Assembly: GCF_000315625.1 (NCBI RefSeq)
Contig: NW_005434478.1
Location: forward strand, 15,635 to 79,634
Source: Guillardia theta CCMP2712
Taxonomy: Eukaryota > Protista > Cryptophyta
Direction of reading: 5' to 3'
DNA: 64,000 bases
Shown: positions 1 to 13,284 of the stretch, in pieces
How the letters are laid out: every line of letters starts with the position of its first letter
How positions within the stretch are numbered: position 1 is the first letter of the stretch
Translations under genes and position numbers: made by a program
The notes under the pieces: model-generated
Seen by the model: the letters and a program-made list of their open reading frames with translations, nothing else
The model's database searches: none
What the model was told of the DNA's origin: nothing

Positions 1-681
1 GTCAGGAGGCGTCGCGACTCCGGGTCTCCGGCTCGTTGCTTGCAGAGGCGACGGGTGCTGCCGAGTAGAGGTGGAGCACGATGGGACGTGGGGTACGGTG
101 TGCGACGACTCCTTCTCAGACGCCGACGCTCAAGTCGTGTGCCGACACGTCGGATGCCCGACGGGAGGAGCAAGGCAGATACAGGCTTTCGGAGGAGGGA
201 GCGGGCCAATCTGGATGGACCAGGTGAGCTGCAGCGGAAGCGAGGCCAGCCTGCCGACATGTCACTTCGACGGCTGGGCCCACCACGACTGCTCGCACGG
301 AGAGGACGTGGGCGTGTGCTGTCAAGGCGGCTGCACGTCGGGAGGCGGGTCAGGAGGCGTCGCGACTCCGGGTCTTCGGCTCGTTGCTTGCAGAGGCGAC
401 GGGTGCTGCCGAGTAGAGGTGGAGCACGATGGGACGTGGGGTACGGTGTGCGACGACTCCTTCTCAGACGCCGACGCTCAAGTCGTGTGCCGACACGTCG
501 GATGCCCGACGGGAGGAGCAAGGCAGATACAGGCTTTCGGAGGAGGGAGCGGGCCAATCTGGATGGACCAGGTGAGCTGCAGCGGAAGCGAGGCCAGCCT
601 GCCGACATGTCACTTCGACGGCTGGGCCCACCACGACTGCTCGCACGGAGAGGACGTGGGCGTGTGCTGTCAAGGCGGCTG
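1..681 (+). repeat. 348-bp tandem duplication, one SRCR domain per unit
   Basis: 1-333 matches 349-681; the only difference seen is C28/T376 (synonymous Leu). Confidence 0.95.
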
Positions 682-751
682 TTCTGGGTTAGAAAGCGTT
701 GGTCAACCTGCTGTTCTTCATTCAAAGATTGTCAGTTTGCTCCACAAGTAA
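2..751 (+). CDS. Scavenger receptor cysteine-rich (SRCR) repeat protein, 3' part (5' end outside window)
   Basis: Two SRCR domains: RVEVEHDGTWGTVCDDSFSDADAQVVCRHVGC...FGGGSGPIWMDQVSCSGSEASLPTC...W..HDCSHGEDVGVCC. A possible terminal intron 748-790 would move the stop to 845. Confidence 0.9.
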   Translation, partial: SGGVATPGLRLVACRGDGCCRVEVEHDGTWGTVCDDSFSDADAQVVCRHVGCPTGGARQIQAFGGGSGPIWMDQVSCSGSEASLPTCHFDGWAHHDCSHGEDVGVCCQGGCTSGGGSGGVATPGLRLVACRGDGCCRVEVEHDGTWGTVCDDSFSDADAQVVCRHVGCPTGGARQIQAFGGGSGPIWMDQVSCSGSEASLPTCHFDGWAHHDCSHGEDVGVCCQGGCSGLESVGQPAVLHSKIVSLLHK

Positions 752-1297
752 CTTGTCGTATCTTTCTACTCTTTTCTCATTCATTTGCAGGCAACGTTCC
801 CTGAAAGAAGGATTTCAGAATAGCAAGTTGCCGGTCTTTTTTTAGTCTTTGTTCAGATTGTTCTTTTTATTATCTTTTCAGATCCACGGTTGGCATCCGC
901 GAAGACCTGGTGCATCGCGGCGACGCTTTATAAGTTAAAGCTTTATAGTAGCCTTTGATTCTTTTACTTTCAAGTTTGAAAGAAGTTTTTGTTTTCGGAG
1001 TGGTTGACTCAACCGTCTTGCCTAGTACCGTCAAGCGTGCTCGCATGGCCTCACACCACACTCAGGCCGCTCCATTAGCGCCATACAGCCGCTGAGTGGA
1101 GCCTCGGAGCCCGGCAATGGGCCGGGCCACGCGGTGACCTCAGAGGCTCCTGCAGCAGCTCCTGCAGCAGCTCCGGCAGCTCAGGGCACTGCTCCACCAG
1201 GCACTGCTCAGGGCAGGGCTGACTGTGCGGGGAGGAGGGCCGCAAGTCGGGGTAAGCGGGGGGAAGAGGCAGTTGGTTATTTTCGGAGTGTGGCAAC

Positions 1298-2137
1298 GAT
1301 GGGCGGAGGGAAGTTCGCAGGACCATCCGCAGCGGCCGTCATGGCAGCCGTCATGGCCGGTAGAATCATACTAGATTGACTAGATAGTGTACACCGATGT
1401 CTCGGCGTGCTCATGTGCCTGTTTTGTTGGCAGGTTTGGCTCTGATACTCGCTTGTTCGCATTCGTGGAGTGGCAGTAGGAGCAGCGGCTTGTTAGAAGG
1501 AGGGGGGTTTCTCGGTGACTTGCCGTGAGTGAACAGTGTAATATTTGTGTTACTCAAGCTCTGACATGCTATTGTAGAAAAGGTGGGGAGACGGGAAGAC
1601 AGACTGTCAAGGAAATGAAGGCATTGCTCAAGGACACAGCCAATAAGAAACAGCTGCAGAACAAACTCGCAACAAAACTGCTGGGCAGAGCTGCACAACA
1701 TGTGCATAATGCAAAGGCAAGAGCAGCGGCGGCGGCGGCAGCTGCCGAAATTGAGAAGATTCTTGACGTACCAAGCGCGAGAGACATCGTAGAAGGACAT
1801 TCCAGGGACCACTCACAGACATCGGATGTGAAGGTAAAGCCATCTCACAAGCTCAAGCTGGCAACATGGCTCAAGACCCCCAAAGGAAAGTTACCTGTAC
1901 GTGCTGCGTGTACAGTCTGACATGCTCGCAGATGAAGGCAAATTCAGTTACTCTAAGAAGCAGCTCGAACGAACATCGAGTCCTTGTGCCACACGACATG
2001 ATTATGAATGCAACGAGATGGACGCAGCGTCACAAGCACATGGCTGGTCTGACACTCCAGATAGAAGGTGTAAACTGTATTTCGAACCCTTGGTTGCTGA
2101 TAACGATCTGCAGTGTGATGGGCGCGTCGAATTATGA
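1298..2137 (+). CDS. Hypothetical protein, probably spliced
   Basis: Coding-like ORF pieces (1525-1920 helical Lys/Ala-rich; 1901-2137) downstream of a GC-rich stretch; no recognisable domain. Confidence 0.25.
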
Positions 2138-2623
2138 TTCACAATATTAGAACTGTCGAGATGATACCATGCTCTGTTGCTGGTGAAAAATCCGTGCACG
2201 GCTAGAAAGAAATCCTTGTGTTTGAACTCTTAACTCAAATGCTCAGCCTAGAAAGTGTAAAATGCAATGAGTAAATGCAAAAGAAAATTGATTCACTTCT
2301 TGTCAAGTATCTGCCTTTGAGATCAAGTTCACAGCTTGTCAAGTTCTAGTTAGCATCGTCTCGGGTTCCATGACAGATTCACAACTGACGTCTGGGCTCA
2401 CACGGCTGACTGTAGCTGTTCACGCACCGTACGGGGTCGGACGGCTGGCTTCTTTTTGTGCACAGATCTGCCCCAGAATAAGATTAAGACAAGAGAAGAG
2501 GCAGCGAAAGACTCCTAGATCAATTTTATTAAGAGCAATTTTGGCCACCGCATGCAAGGTACCTCTGCTCTGAGGCAGCCCCACAAGGGCGTGAAAACTG
2601 TGAAGGCGGGAAAGCAGCGGCTC

Positions 2624-5600
2624 ATGCCTCGGTTCGTGGGGTTGCATCAGGGGGATGAGGAGGATGGACAGGAGGAGCACGAGTCTCTTGAACTTCAGGT
2701 CTCCTCTCCTCTCCTTCTCTTTTCCTTCTCCAATGTTGTCCTCTATCTCCTTGTCATCGTCTTTCCTTTTCCCTTTTCCACTTTCGTTCGATTCTCACCT
2801 CGCCCCTGTTCTTCGAAAACACGTTCTTCTCGCTCGCCCTGATGCCGGTCTAGGAAGCACGCGTTCGACGTGCATATCAGCGGGGACTTCAACTCCTAGC
2901 AGAAAGCAAAGTTGAGGAAGCAGAGCGGGAACTCCAGGGGACCTTGAAAGATCAAGCTTTTGCCAGGGATGTTTGCTCCAATTCGAAGTACAACACTCTC
3001 AGACAGGTTCGATATCTCTGCCTCAAGAATCTTTCAAAGATAGCAGAAGATAGAAAGGACGTAGAGACGGTAAAGTTAAAGACGCTCGTTCATTCCTGAC
3101 AATCTCCGTAGGCGATGAAGCAACTGGGCGAAGCCCTCGCGCTTGACGACAGGGACATTGTAGTATGGATAAAGTTGGGGGGGCTGGCGATGGAGATTAG
3201 GAAGTACAATGTTGCTCGCTATGCTTATGAGCAAGGGCTCAAGCTGAGGCCAAATCACCCAATCTGCCTCGAGAAGCTCTGTGAGGTTGCTTTTGTCCTC
3301 GGTGATATATCAACCTGTCAGACGTCCATTTGTCAGCTTGAAGCGCATTTTCCCTTCCATCCCCGGGCAAAGAGATTGAGAGATCTGTGTGATGAGGGAC
3401 ATTTGAGGACAAGCTATGATACCTCAGAACATGACGATCACCTTAACATGTTGAAAGACCTGCGGAACAAACGCCCGCGTGTCGAAACTCAAGCACCAGT
3501 GTGTGTAACCTTGGTAGTCAAGGAATGTTCGTGGTTCAGTTTTCTTGTTACATTGACAGAAGTTTTGGATTCAGATGTATTTCGAAAACATCCATGTTCT
3601 AACGCTAGAATCGTTATACACGAACAAGAGATCTGTGATCTTCCCTCAACGAATTCGTTTTCAGTGAAATCAATTGATATCCTCTTTGACTCCGATGAAA
3701 GGAAGCAAGCTGAATCATATCTCCCAGAGAAATCACTTTGCCTTCGATGCGGAGGAGACGATGAGACAGGAGATCGCCTCGTCTTATGTGAGAATTACGA
3801 CACATGCGGAGGAGCTTATCATTTGGCGTGTCTTGATACCCCTCTGCGGCAGATACCTTCTGGAGACTGGTTTTGTCCAACTTGTCTTCAGAAGATTACA
3901 ACTTCGGATGATTCAAGTAGACCCGATGTCGTGTCAGACAGCCAACAACCTCGGTCTTTGAATTCACTGCAACAGGTTGACGTTTTACATGCGGATGGAT
4001 CCAGGGACTCGATAGCGAACAGTTCTCCTGGCAAAAGTCCGAGAGGTCGTAGGAAAGGCAGGATTTCAGAAAATTCCTTACAACCTAGAAAGACCCTGCG
4101 GCGAAATTGTGTTCTCAACAAGCCTGTTGCAGCTGAAAGTTTGCAAAAATTGCTCGATCTCGTTGCACATTCTGATTCTCTTGGGGATGTTGTTGAAACT
4201 CAAGCTAGCTCTGAATCAGCACAGAATGAATCACGTGTTGAACTGAATCCGGTGGAAACCAAACAGAGCAAGCAATATCCTATTTCGCTAAGCCGTGTTG
4301 ATATGTTACATCATGTAAAGGACATTCATGGAGTCCAAAAAGATGAGTTTTTGTCATTTGTGGAAGGATTACCGAAGACTTGTTGCATCTGGGAGCTAGT
4401 TCATAGAGTTGTGAACCATCTTGCCATCATGTCAAGCAAGTATAGGGTGGGTTTGGCTTTGAGCTCTTTCCAGACTGATTTGTGATATTTTTGCAGATCC
4501 GAGGCAAGCTGCTAGAATGTCTCATGGGAATGGTCAAACGGGTATGGCACACAATTAAACTTGAACCTTGTGCCATCCTTAGCTTGTCAGAGATATGGTA
4601 TGACGTGGAATCGAAAATGAATGCTGCACACATGTCGTCCAATGAGACAGATGACAAGTACGAAATGGAGGTTCCATATGAGAATTTGCAGGAAACAGAT
4701 TTTAGATTTTTGTATGAATATCTTTATGAGATTGATTTCAAAGGCATTGAGGAAAAGGTGAGACGGCTCTGGCTTCTTGCAAGGATTTTTTCCAGACGCC
4801 AAGAAAAGCAATCGACGTTGGATGCTCTGAAGCAGATATACAATCTCCTACCTGAGGATTTTCCACCTATCTGTTTACCAAGCTGTGTCTTTGAAAATAT
4901 TATTAGCAGAGAGATGATTGCTGACGGCATTGCAATCGAAGAGGAATTTCTCAGAGACCAAACTCTTGAAAGAAAAATACAAGGGCTTGGACTAGAGTTG
5001 TCTAGATCAACTTCAGATACTCTCAGTATTCAAGAAACTGCGTCCAAGACTATCTCAGAGCTGCAACCATTCCTCATACCACCACATGCGGAAAGCTCTG
5101 GATGGTTGATACGTCAAGTTCAATGTATCGATTCATCCTTCAATCGCAGGTTGCATCAAGTAAAGCAATTCTGCAAAGCTTGTTCTCAGCTTCCGGATAA
5201 ACTGAGGGAGCATATCTACGTCCTTAACATGGTACTTGCAGAGGCATTGCAAGTCAAAGATATCTTCAATGAAAGCTCTGATGATACGCTGTAAATCATC
5301 ACTTTTGAAGTCTAGATATCTGAAATATGTGTGCAGGTATCAAGAACTGCACGGAGAATGGAGTGAGAGAATAGAAGTGTTGCTAGAACTACTGTCAAAC
5401 TTCGTCGATGCAATGGATAACGCGACTGAAGATATGAAGAAATCTTTGCAATCGATGCTTCATCAGCTGGAAGTCCAAATAGCAAGGTTAACGTACAAGC
5501 TTGGCTGTTCTAGAACTTTTGTTGACCAATTTCATTCAATTTGTGTAACTTTCTACAATTTTTTCTGCAAATCTAAGCAGGACTTGGATTTTTCCAAAGA

Positions 5601-8600
5601 ACAAGAAGTGCTGTCATGGATTTTGGACGAGTTTCTCCGACGAAATATTCTTCAATCGTATGCATACGATGTTCCCAAGTTATATCTGGCAAAGCTTCAT
5701 GACTGGTATTATCGCCTACAAATGAACAGGCAGAAGGCAAACAAAAGTGAAGAGGAATCCAGCTCCGAAGAGCAGGAGGATGGTTTGGAGCATTTATACG
5801 AGGAGCTGGCAAAATGCTATTTCGTGATATTCCGTGTGAAGATAAGTAAGTCCCAGCGTATTCGGTCGATATACGATGACGTGGATGCCTTGTATAATTC
5901 GTTCTATGAAACACCTTTTACCAAAAAAAAATCGATTCCCAAAGGCTCAATTCAGGATGTCCAAGCGGAAAATTTGAGCCGACATGACTGTGTCAAGTTC
6001 TGGAAGTTTTTAGATTCCAAATTTCAACTTTCGCACGAAGCGAAACCTCGTTCGGATCTTAGGGAAGCTCTCTTGGCAGTAATTTCTATAATTGGTGAAC
6101 CTCCAGAAAGTCTGTTTCGGGGCAAGGACATTGTTACAAACTATTTCAATGAGACTCCTTTCGTTGACAAGTGTCCAGATGCTGAAGCTTTGGTTCCAGA
6201 CTTCTCTAAGGTTATCTCAAAATGGAAAGAAATCACATCAGGGGTTAATGATACTGAAGAATATGATGACGCTTTCAAAATCTATAGAGATATCTATTTT
6301 CACCTTGCTTTGTGCCTGAACAAAGCAGACAAACAAAAAGCAATAGAATTCTTCCTTAGAGATTTGTGGATATGTCCACTTAGAAAGGAAAGTTGGTCTA
6401 GACTTGCAGATTTGTATGAAGACATGATGTTCTCCCATGAAGAATATGGCATAAGGTATCTATCCCTTCGAATAATTCTTTCCTCACACCTGTATTCCTA
6501 ACATTTCTTTTCAGGTGCTCCCTAACCCTTCATTACTCAATCCAGAGCCAGCAATGTCTCTGCAATGCTCTGCTTGCGAATGCGGCTGTTATTGCTCTTG
6601 AGCCGGATAACAAAGACTCGAGGAAGGGAATCGGTGTTTTGCTTTACTTGATCACCCAGGGCTCAGCCAAGCCCCCCTTTTCTCGTCCAACTGAATGGAT
6701 TCACAAGATCAGAGTGCGTGCTTATGAGGAATTCTTGATTGCGCAGAAAAATAATCGAGAAAATGATTGGACTTGTGCTTACTACTGTGGAAAGCTCTCT
6801 TGGAAGCTTGGAAAAGTAGATGTTTGTCTAGAGCATCTGTTCCTTGCGGCTTGTGCGAATTCTGAAGATGAAACTTTGGGCGTGGAGCCGCTTTACAAAC
6901 TTCATTCAACTCGAAGCAAGTTATCACTGAGCAAAGGGTGTGATCTGGATCTGCTAAGGAAGTATTCCTTGGAAATTTGCATGTCAAGAAATCTCAATGA
7001 GGGAATTAGTCGAAAATTTGGCATTGAAAAGCCCTGTGTTGATGTATCTAAACAATATGCAAAGGCATGCAAGGAGCAAGATGAATTTCAAAATTCTGTT
7101 GGTTCTAACAAAAATTCTTCTTTGACCGATAATCAATTGTTAGTGCTAAGGGATGCTATGATTGCTATGCGAATCGCGATAAATACAAACAAGAAATATT
7201 GTTGCTCAAGATACAGGTATCGATTGGCGTGGCTTATGAAGCAATTCATTCAAGATGACAAGCAAGAATCTGCCAATAAAGAGCTGGCAGACAACCTGAA
7301 CCCAATATTCTTTAGCGATAAAGGTGACCTGCATGCAGCTGGTAATATTGAACGTAGATTGAGCAACTATTTGAAAGACAGTGATGAAGAAAGTGTTGCG
7401 AGCTGGAGCAATTTGCACACACACATTCGACAAAAGAACAAATTAATCACGTTCCTGGGCCGTGTTTTGCGATATTCTTCTTTCTGGACTGTGGCAATTG
7501 ACAAGATTGATAAACTTTTGGATTCTTTACTAAAGGAGGAGAGGATCAGATCTAAGTATGACAACAGTGTCCAAAAATCACATTCTGTCATGGACTCAAT
7601 CCAAAATCTTGTGCAGAATATGTATGATATGATTGTGCAAATTTCCCTCCAAAATGATACTGAATCGTTGAACGTTTCATTTATGAAAGCTGGCAAATTG
7701 AGAGAGCTGCTTTACAACGCGGACAGAGAGATATATTCTCGTCTTCAAATAGATGTCAGTCTACAGGTTTCGAGTGCAGACAAGGCCAAGCCAGTGTTCA
7801 TAGAGAGCATCGATTGCCCTGTCACCGAACTTTTCGGTTGGACCTGTAAACGTTTCTGCGAAAGCACGAATACGCCCTACAATGAAACCGGCACCAGTTC
7901 CGGAAAAGGCGTCCTATGCACAGCTGTGGGAATCTGGAAGGGGAAAAGTTATGAGAAAAGAATCAGACCTCCGCAATCTCAGAAAGTGCAGGAACCATCA
8001 CACGCCATTCACACTGTGGAGAATAAGGAGGACCACGACACAACGAAGGGAAAAGATGCAAACTCTACAATAACCTTGATTGAGCTGTCTGCAAGTATGG
8101 ATGATTCCAAGAATTCCCCTTCGGACAAAGATGTCAGTCATGCTGACGTTGAACTAGATTCAGAATCAAATCGTGACAAGACCAACATAAAAGACCGTAG
8201 AATGCTTGCGATCCAAGATGACAGCTCGATGCGACCAAACGCAGAGGCTAGCGGGAAAGGATGCAACGATAACTTCGAGACACAAGACACCAATGCGATG
8301 ATGGATGTTTCTGAAACGGAAAACGCAATGAATCGTTCCTTCATGGAGGAAGATTCTTCTGTTGGCCACCAAATCGACTCAGGTCAAGTGGAGGAGAAAA
8401 ACATGCACGACAGTCATGTGGATTCTGAAGCCCAAGACCATGACGAGGCATCCAGAGAGAAGGCGATCAGGGAGACTGATGCTGATGAAACGATCGTCAT
8501 AGACGACGGCCCCGTCGACGAGGCCAACGACAAGGAGACTGAGAGTGCGGTAGATGGGTCATTGAACAAAGACTTGGAAATCTTGCCCGACCAAGCAGGT

Positions 8601-8771
8601 GTGGAAGGCCGAACAGGAGAAGTACATGATGAATCCTTGACTCGATTGTCACTTCCTCAAGACGCGGAAGACTTGACTTCGATGTTCGTGCTTGCCGATG
8701 ATGTGCTGTGCGAAGTTTCCATACCTTCAGGTGCATGCGGCGGAGACCAGCTAGAATTGGAAGATTTTTGA
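2624..8771 (+). CDS. CABIN1: CABIN1/Hir3-like TPR subunit of the HIRA histone chaperone complex, with an internal PHD finger
   Basis: Spliced N-terminus (exons 2624-2698, 2854-3069, 3112 onward) reads MPRFVGLHQ...[75 protein letters not shown], matching the CABIN1 N-terminal TPR. Later pieces [12 protein letters not shown] and [10 protein letters not shown]...[13 protein letters not shown] fit too. Introns near 4448-4497, 5291-5337, 6455-6514. Confidence 0.85.
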
Positions 8772-8810
8772 ACATGATAAACGAAAATCCCTCTTCAACA
8801 ATGTAGATCT

Positions 8811-10734
<1,924 letters not shown>

Positions 10735-10856
10735 TTCGGAGCCACAAACTTTTGTTGTACCCTACCTCTGTGGAATACCGATGGTACCACCCCACGTTTC
10801 TACAAGGAAAGGACCCCCTCCCCCTATATGGTGCGCATACGAGATGTTTTAAGATC

Positions 10857-10915
10857 TTACTCAAAGTTAAGTTAAAAATCAGTACAAGGACAATCAGGAG
10901 AGTAGAGGCTTTGAC
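10857..10915 (-). repeat. Dispersed ~60-bp element, copy A
   Basis: Reverse complement GTCAAAGCCTCTACTCTCCTGATTGTCCTTGTACTGATTTTTAACTTAACTTTGAGTAA; matches copies at 25844 and 36296. Confidence 0.85.
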
Positions 10916-13284
10916 GTTCATTCGTTGCTGTTTTTGTCGAGTATGAGCTCTGATCGTGGTAGAAAAACAACAAATTTCAGCATTTTGACTGAGTTTTGGC
11001 AATCCAACAAGCACTTGCACGCATTGGAACTGAACCGTATTCACGTTGGCGCACAAGCATTGACGTACGCCACAAACAAATGTGCAGCAAATTTCGCGAC
11101 GTATAGGAGATTCACTGTCAATACACGTCAGATCAAGCATATTAGGCTATGGGGCGATACAAATCATGTTTTCTCAGACAAAAAGAACGACGGAATGTTC
11201 GATATCAGAACAATGATCAATGGGTGGAAATTCAAATCGAAACGCAAATATTAGAAACAAACTGTTTTGGATTTCATCAATTACCATAGAATCATCCTCG
11301 GACTACAAGGTACAAATGACATGGTCACTTGGTCACGTGAACGATTGAGTATGAACTCAACAGTCACAAAGGAAACAGACGAAAGGACTTTGCGATGATC
11401 GATAACCACATGGTGCGGGCAACGTTATACACCAACATTATATGCTTTTGTTTTTTTAACACAAGGATGGTGGACACAAAAGAGACAGTTTGGCTCCGAT
11501 CAATAGTATACGTCGTCAGTTCGTCACAATTGACATCCACGTACTGTACGGTATGATGCGTGACGGGATGATTATTCAAGAATCATGGGACCTATTCCAC
11601 TTCAATGTAGAAATAAGTGACGGATCTTCATGAGATTCCGAAAGGCCAGTGAAACAACAAGGACAATCTCGAACAATCGAGCAGGTAGAGACTCAGACAG
11701 TGATTGCTTTATATCGATTGATCCAGGGCGAATCGTTTTGAAATGCGGGGTCGAGGTTGCCGATTGACAAGAAAAGAGTCAGATAAAGAGATATCGTTTT
11801 ACTCGCAAACAATACTACCATGAGTCGCATATTTCACTGAACCAGAAGAAGATTGAAGCTGAACTTCCCCGGTTGACACAAACGGCACTCCCCTCCCGCA
11901 CCGTTCGAGCCCGATGAGCAATGGGTATACGTTGTTGTCCCGATCTATCAGAGCTCATAGGATAGCGAGCCCAACACAGGAGTGGTCAACACTCGAAATG
12001 TGGACAGCACACAAGGATAGCCTCTACAACTATCCAGACGAAAGACAGTGATTCTCTAACGGCTACTTTGGTTCAGAAGTCGGACCCCTCCGGGACGGTT
12101 TCCCTATCAAGCACCGGTGGAGCTCTCCTTTCTGGTAGAAACAAGAACAGGAGCAGCGCATGGACCAAAGGGGCCATAGCGACGGCACGAGGCAGGAAGA
12201 CTCGTGCAAGCGAGGACCACTACCCCTGGGACTCCCACAGGGCTATAAAAGGATCAAGATCTTCATCTCTAGGTGGTCTGTCTTCCCTCCCTCTGTGTAC
12301 CACGCATTTCACTGTGTTGGTGTGGTTGCTGCAATAAAGCTTGATAATACTGTCTAGCACCATCTGTGTGATCCAGCGGAGGTTCTTTGAGCATTCGCTT
12401 GGCTAGTGTGCAACCCGTAAAGCTTCGGGGTGTAACATAAATTGGTAGCGAAGGTTGGTTGGAGCAGGTTGGAGCAGGTCAGGTGTGCCGTCTCCATCGG
12501 AGTCCACCTTGCGGGGGCTCACGGACCATTTCTTGGATAGGTAGAGATTCACAGACACAAGATCTGCTGGATATACCCCTCGAAGAGGCTCCCGACCTCT
12601 AGATAGCCATCCCCCGTGGAGGCTGCCTGGGAGAGCTGGGTGCCATCCCCGGGCTTCCTGTCCACATACACCGTGCTGTACCCCAGTAAATCCCTGTACC
12701 CGCAGATGATCTGGTGGTTTGCCGTGAACTTCCGTTACAGCAAGAGGAAATGCCAACACGACACTGAGTGACCGTTCATACCGGCTAATTTCGATGGCCT
12801 ATACTTCTATCACAGCAAGAGGAAATGGGGGATGGCAAGGATGACTACATTCACAAGAGGCAGGCTGTCGACCATTTCTTTGAAAAAATGAAGCGAAGAA
12901 GGAAGGGTTTGTCTGAACCAATAATCGCATACGGGGGGCATCTTTCAGTGCTAGTGGAAGGAATGAAAAGGCCGTACCTGTCAAATGGATCAAACAACGT
13001 TGCCGCAAAACTTTGAAGCGAGTTTTTGATGTTGATGAGAGACATACGACAGCAAACTGTCATCGATGTGGTACAAAACTACAAGATTTCAGACGCGTCC
13101 CGGTCCTCTGGGGTGGTGTATTTCATCTCAAGAGACGGGCCAGGTGAGAGGGTTGAAATGATGTGAGTCCACCAAATGTTTCAAAACTCGCTTTGTATCT
13201 CGTGACATCAATGCTGCACTGAATATTCTTTCTCGATACCAAGGGACAGAGAAAGAGACTTTCATGTGTGGACATCGTCACTGA
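10911..13284 (+). pseudogene. Fanzor1 (eukaryotic TnpB/Cas12-like RuvC nuclease) relic; frameshifted, N-terminally truncated, interrupted by an ~830-bp insertion
   Basis: Joined frames give ...AQALTYATNKCAANFATY...RQIKHIRLW...MINGW...DFINYHRIILGL; SLAPINSIRRQFVTIDIHVLYGMM...EISDG; FISIDPGR (RuvC-I D, 11720-22)...YRFTRKQYYHES; [insert]; KRKWGMARM/YIHKRQAVDHFF..PIIAYG/ASFSASGRNEKAVPVKWIKQRC..VFDVDERHTTANCHRCG (RuvC-II E, 13037-39); VRGLK*CESTKC..FVSRDINAALNI (RuvC-III D, 13204-06). Confidence 0.88.
11933..12758 (+). mobile_element. Insertion splitting the Fanzor relic; first half LTR-like
   Basis: Fanzor similarity stops near 11860-11930 and resumes near 12780. The segment begins TGTTG, ends CAACA, and contains TATAAAA (~12244) followed by AATAAA (~12333). 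No clear target-site duplication. Confidence 0.45.

Noticed and set aside
40-804. 254-aa Arg-rich ORF
   Set aside because: Off-frame reading of the SRCR repeat.
10911-13284. Active Fanzor gene rescued by splicing
   Set aside because: Frameshifts and in-frame stops fall inside conserved motifs and are not flanked by plausible intron boundaries; no transposase is seen nearby.
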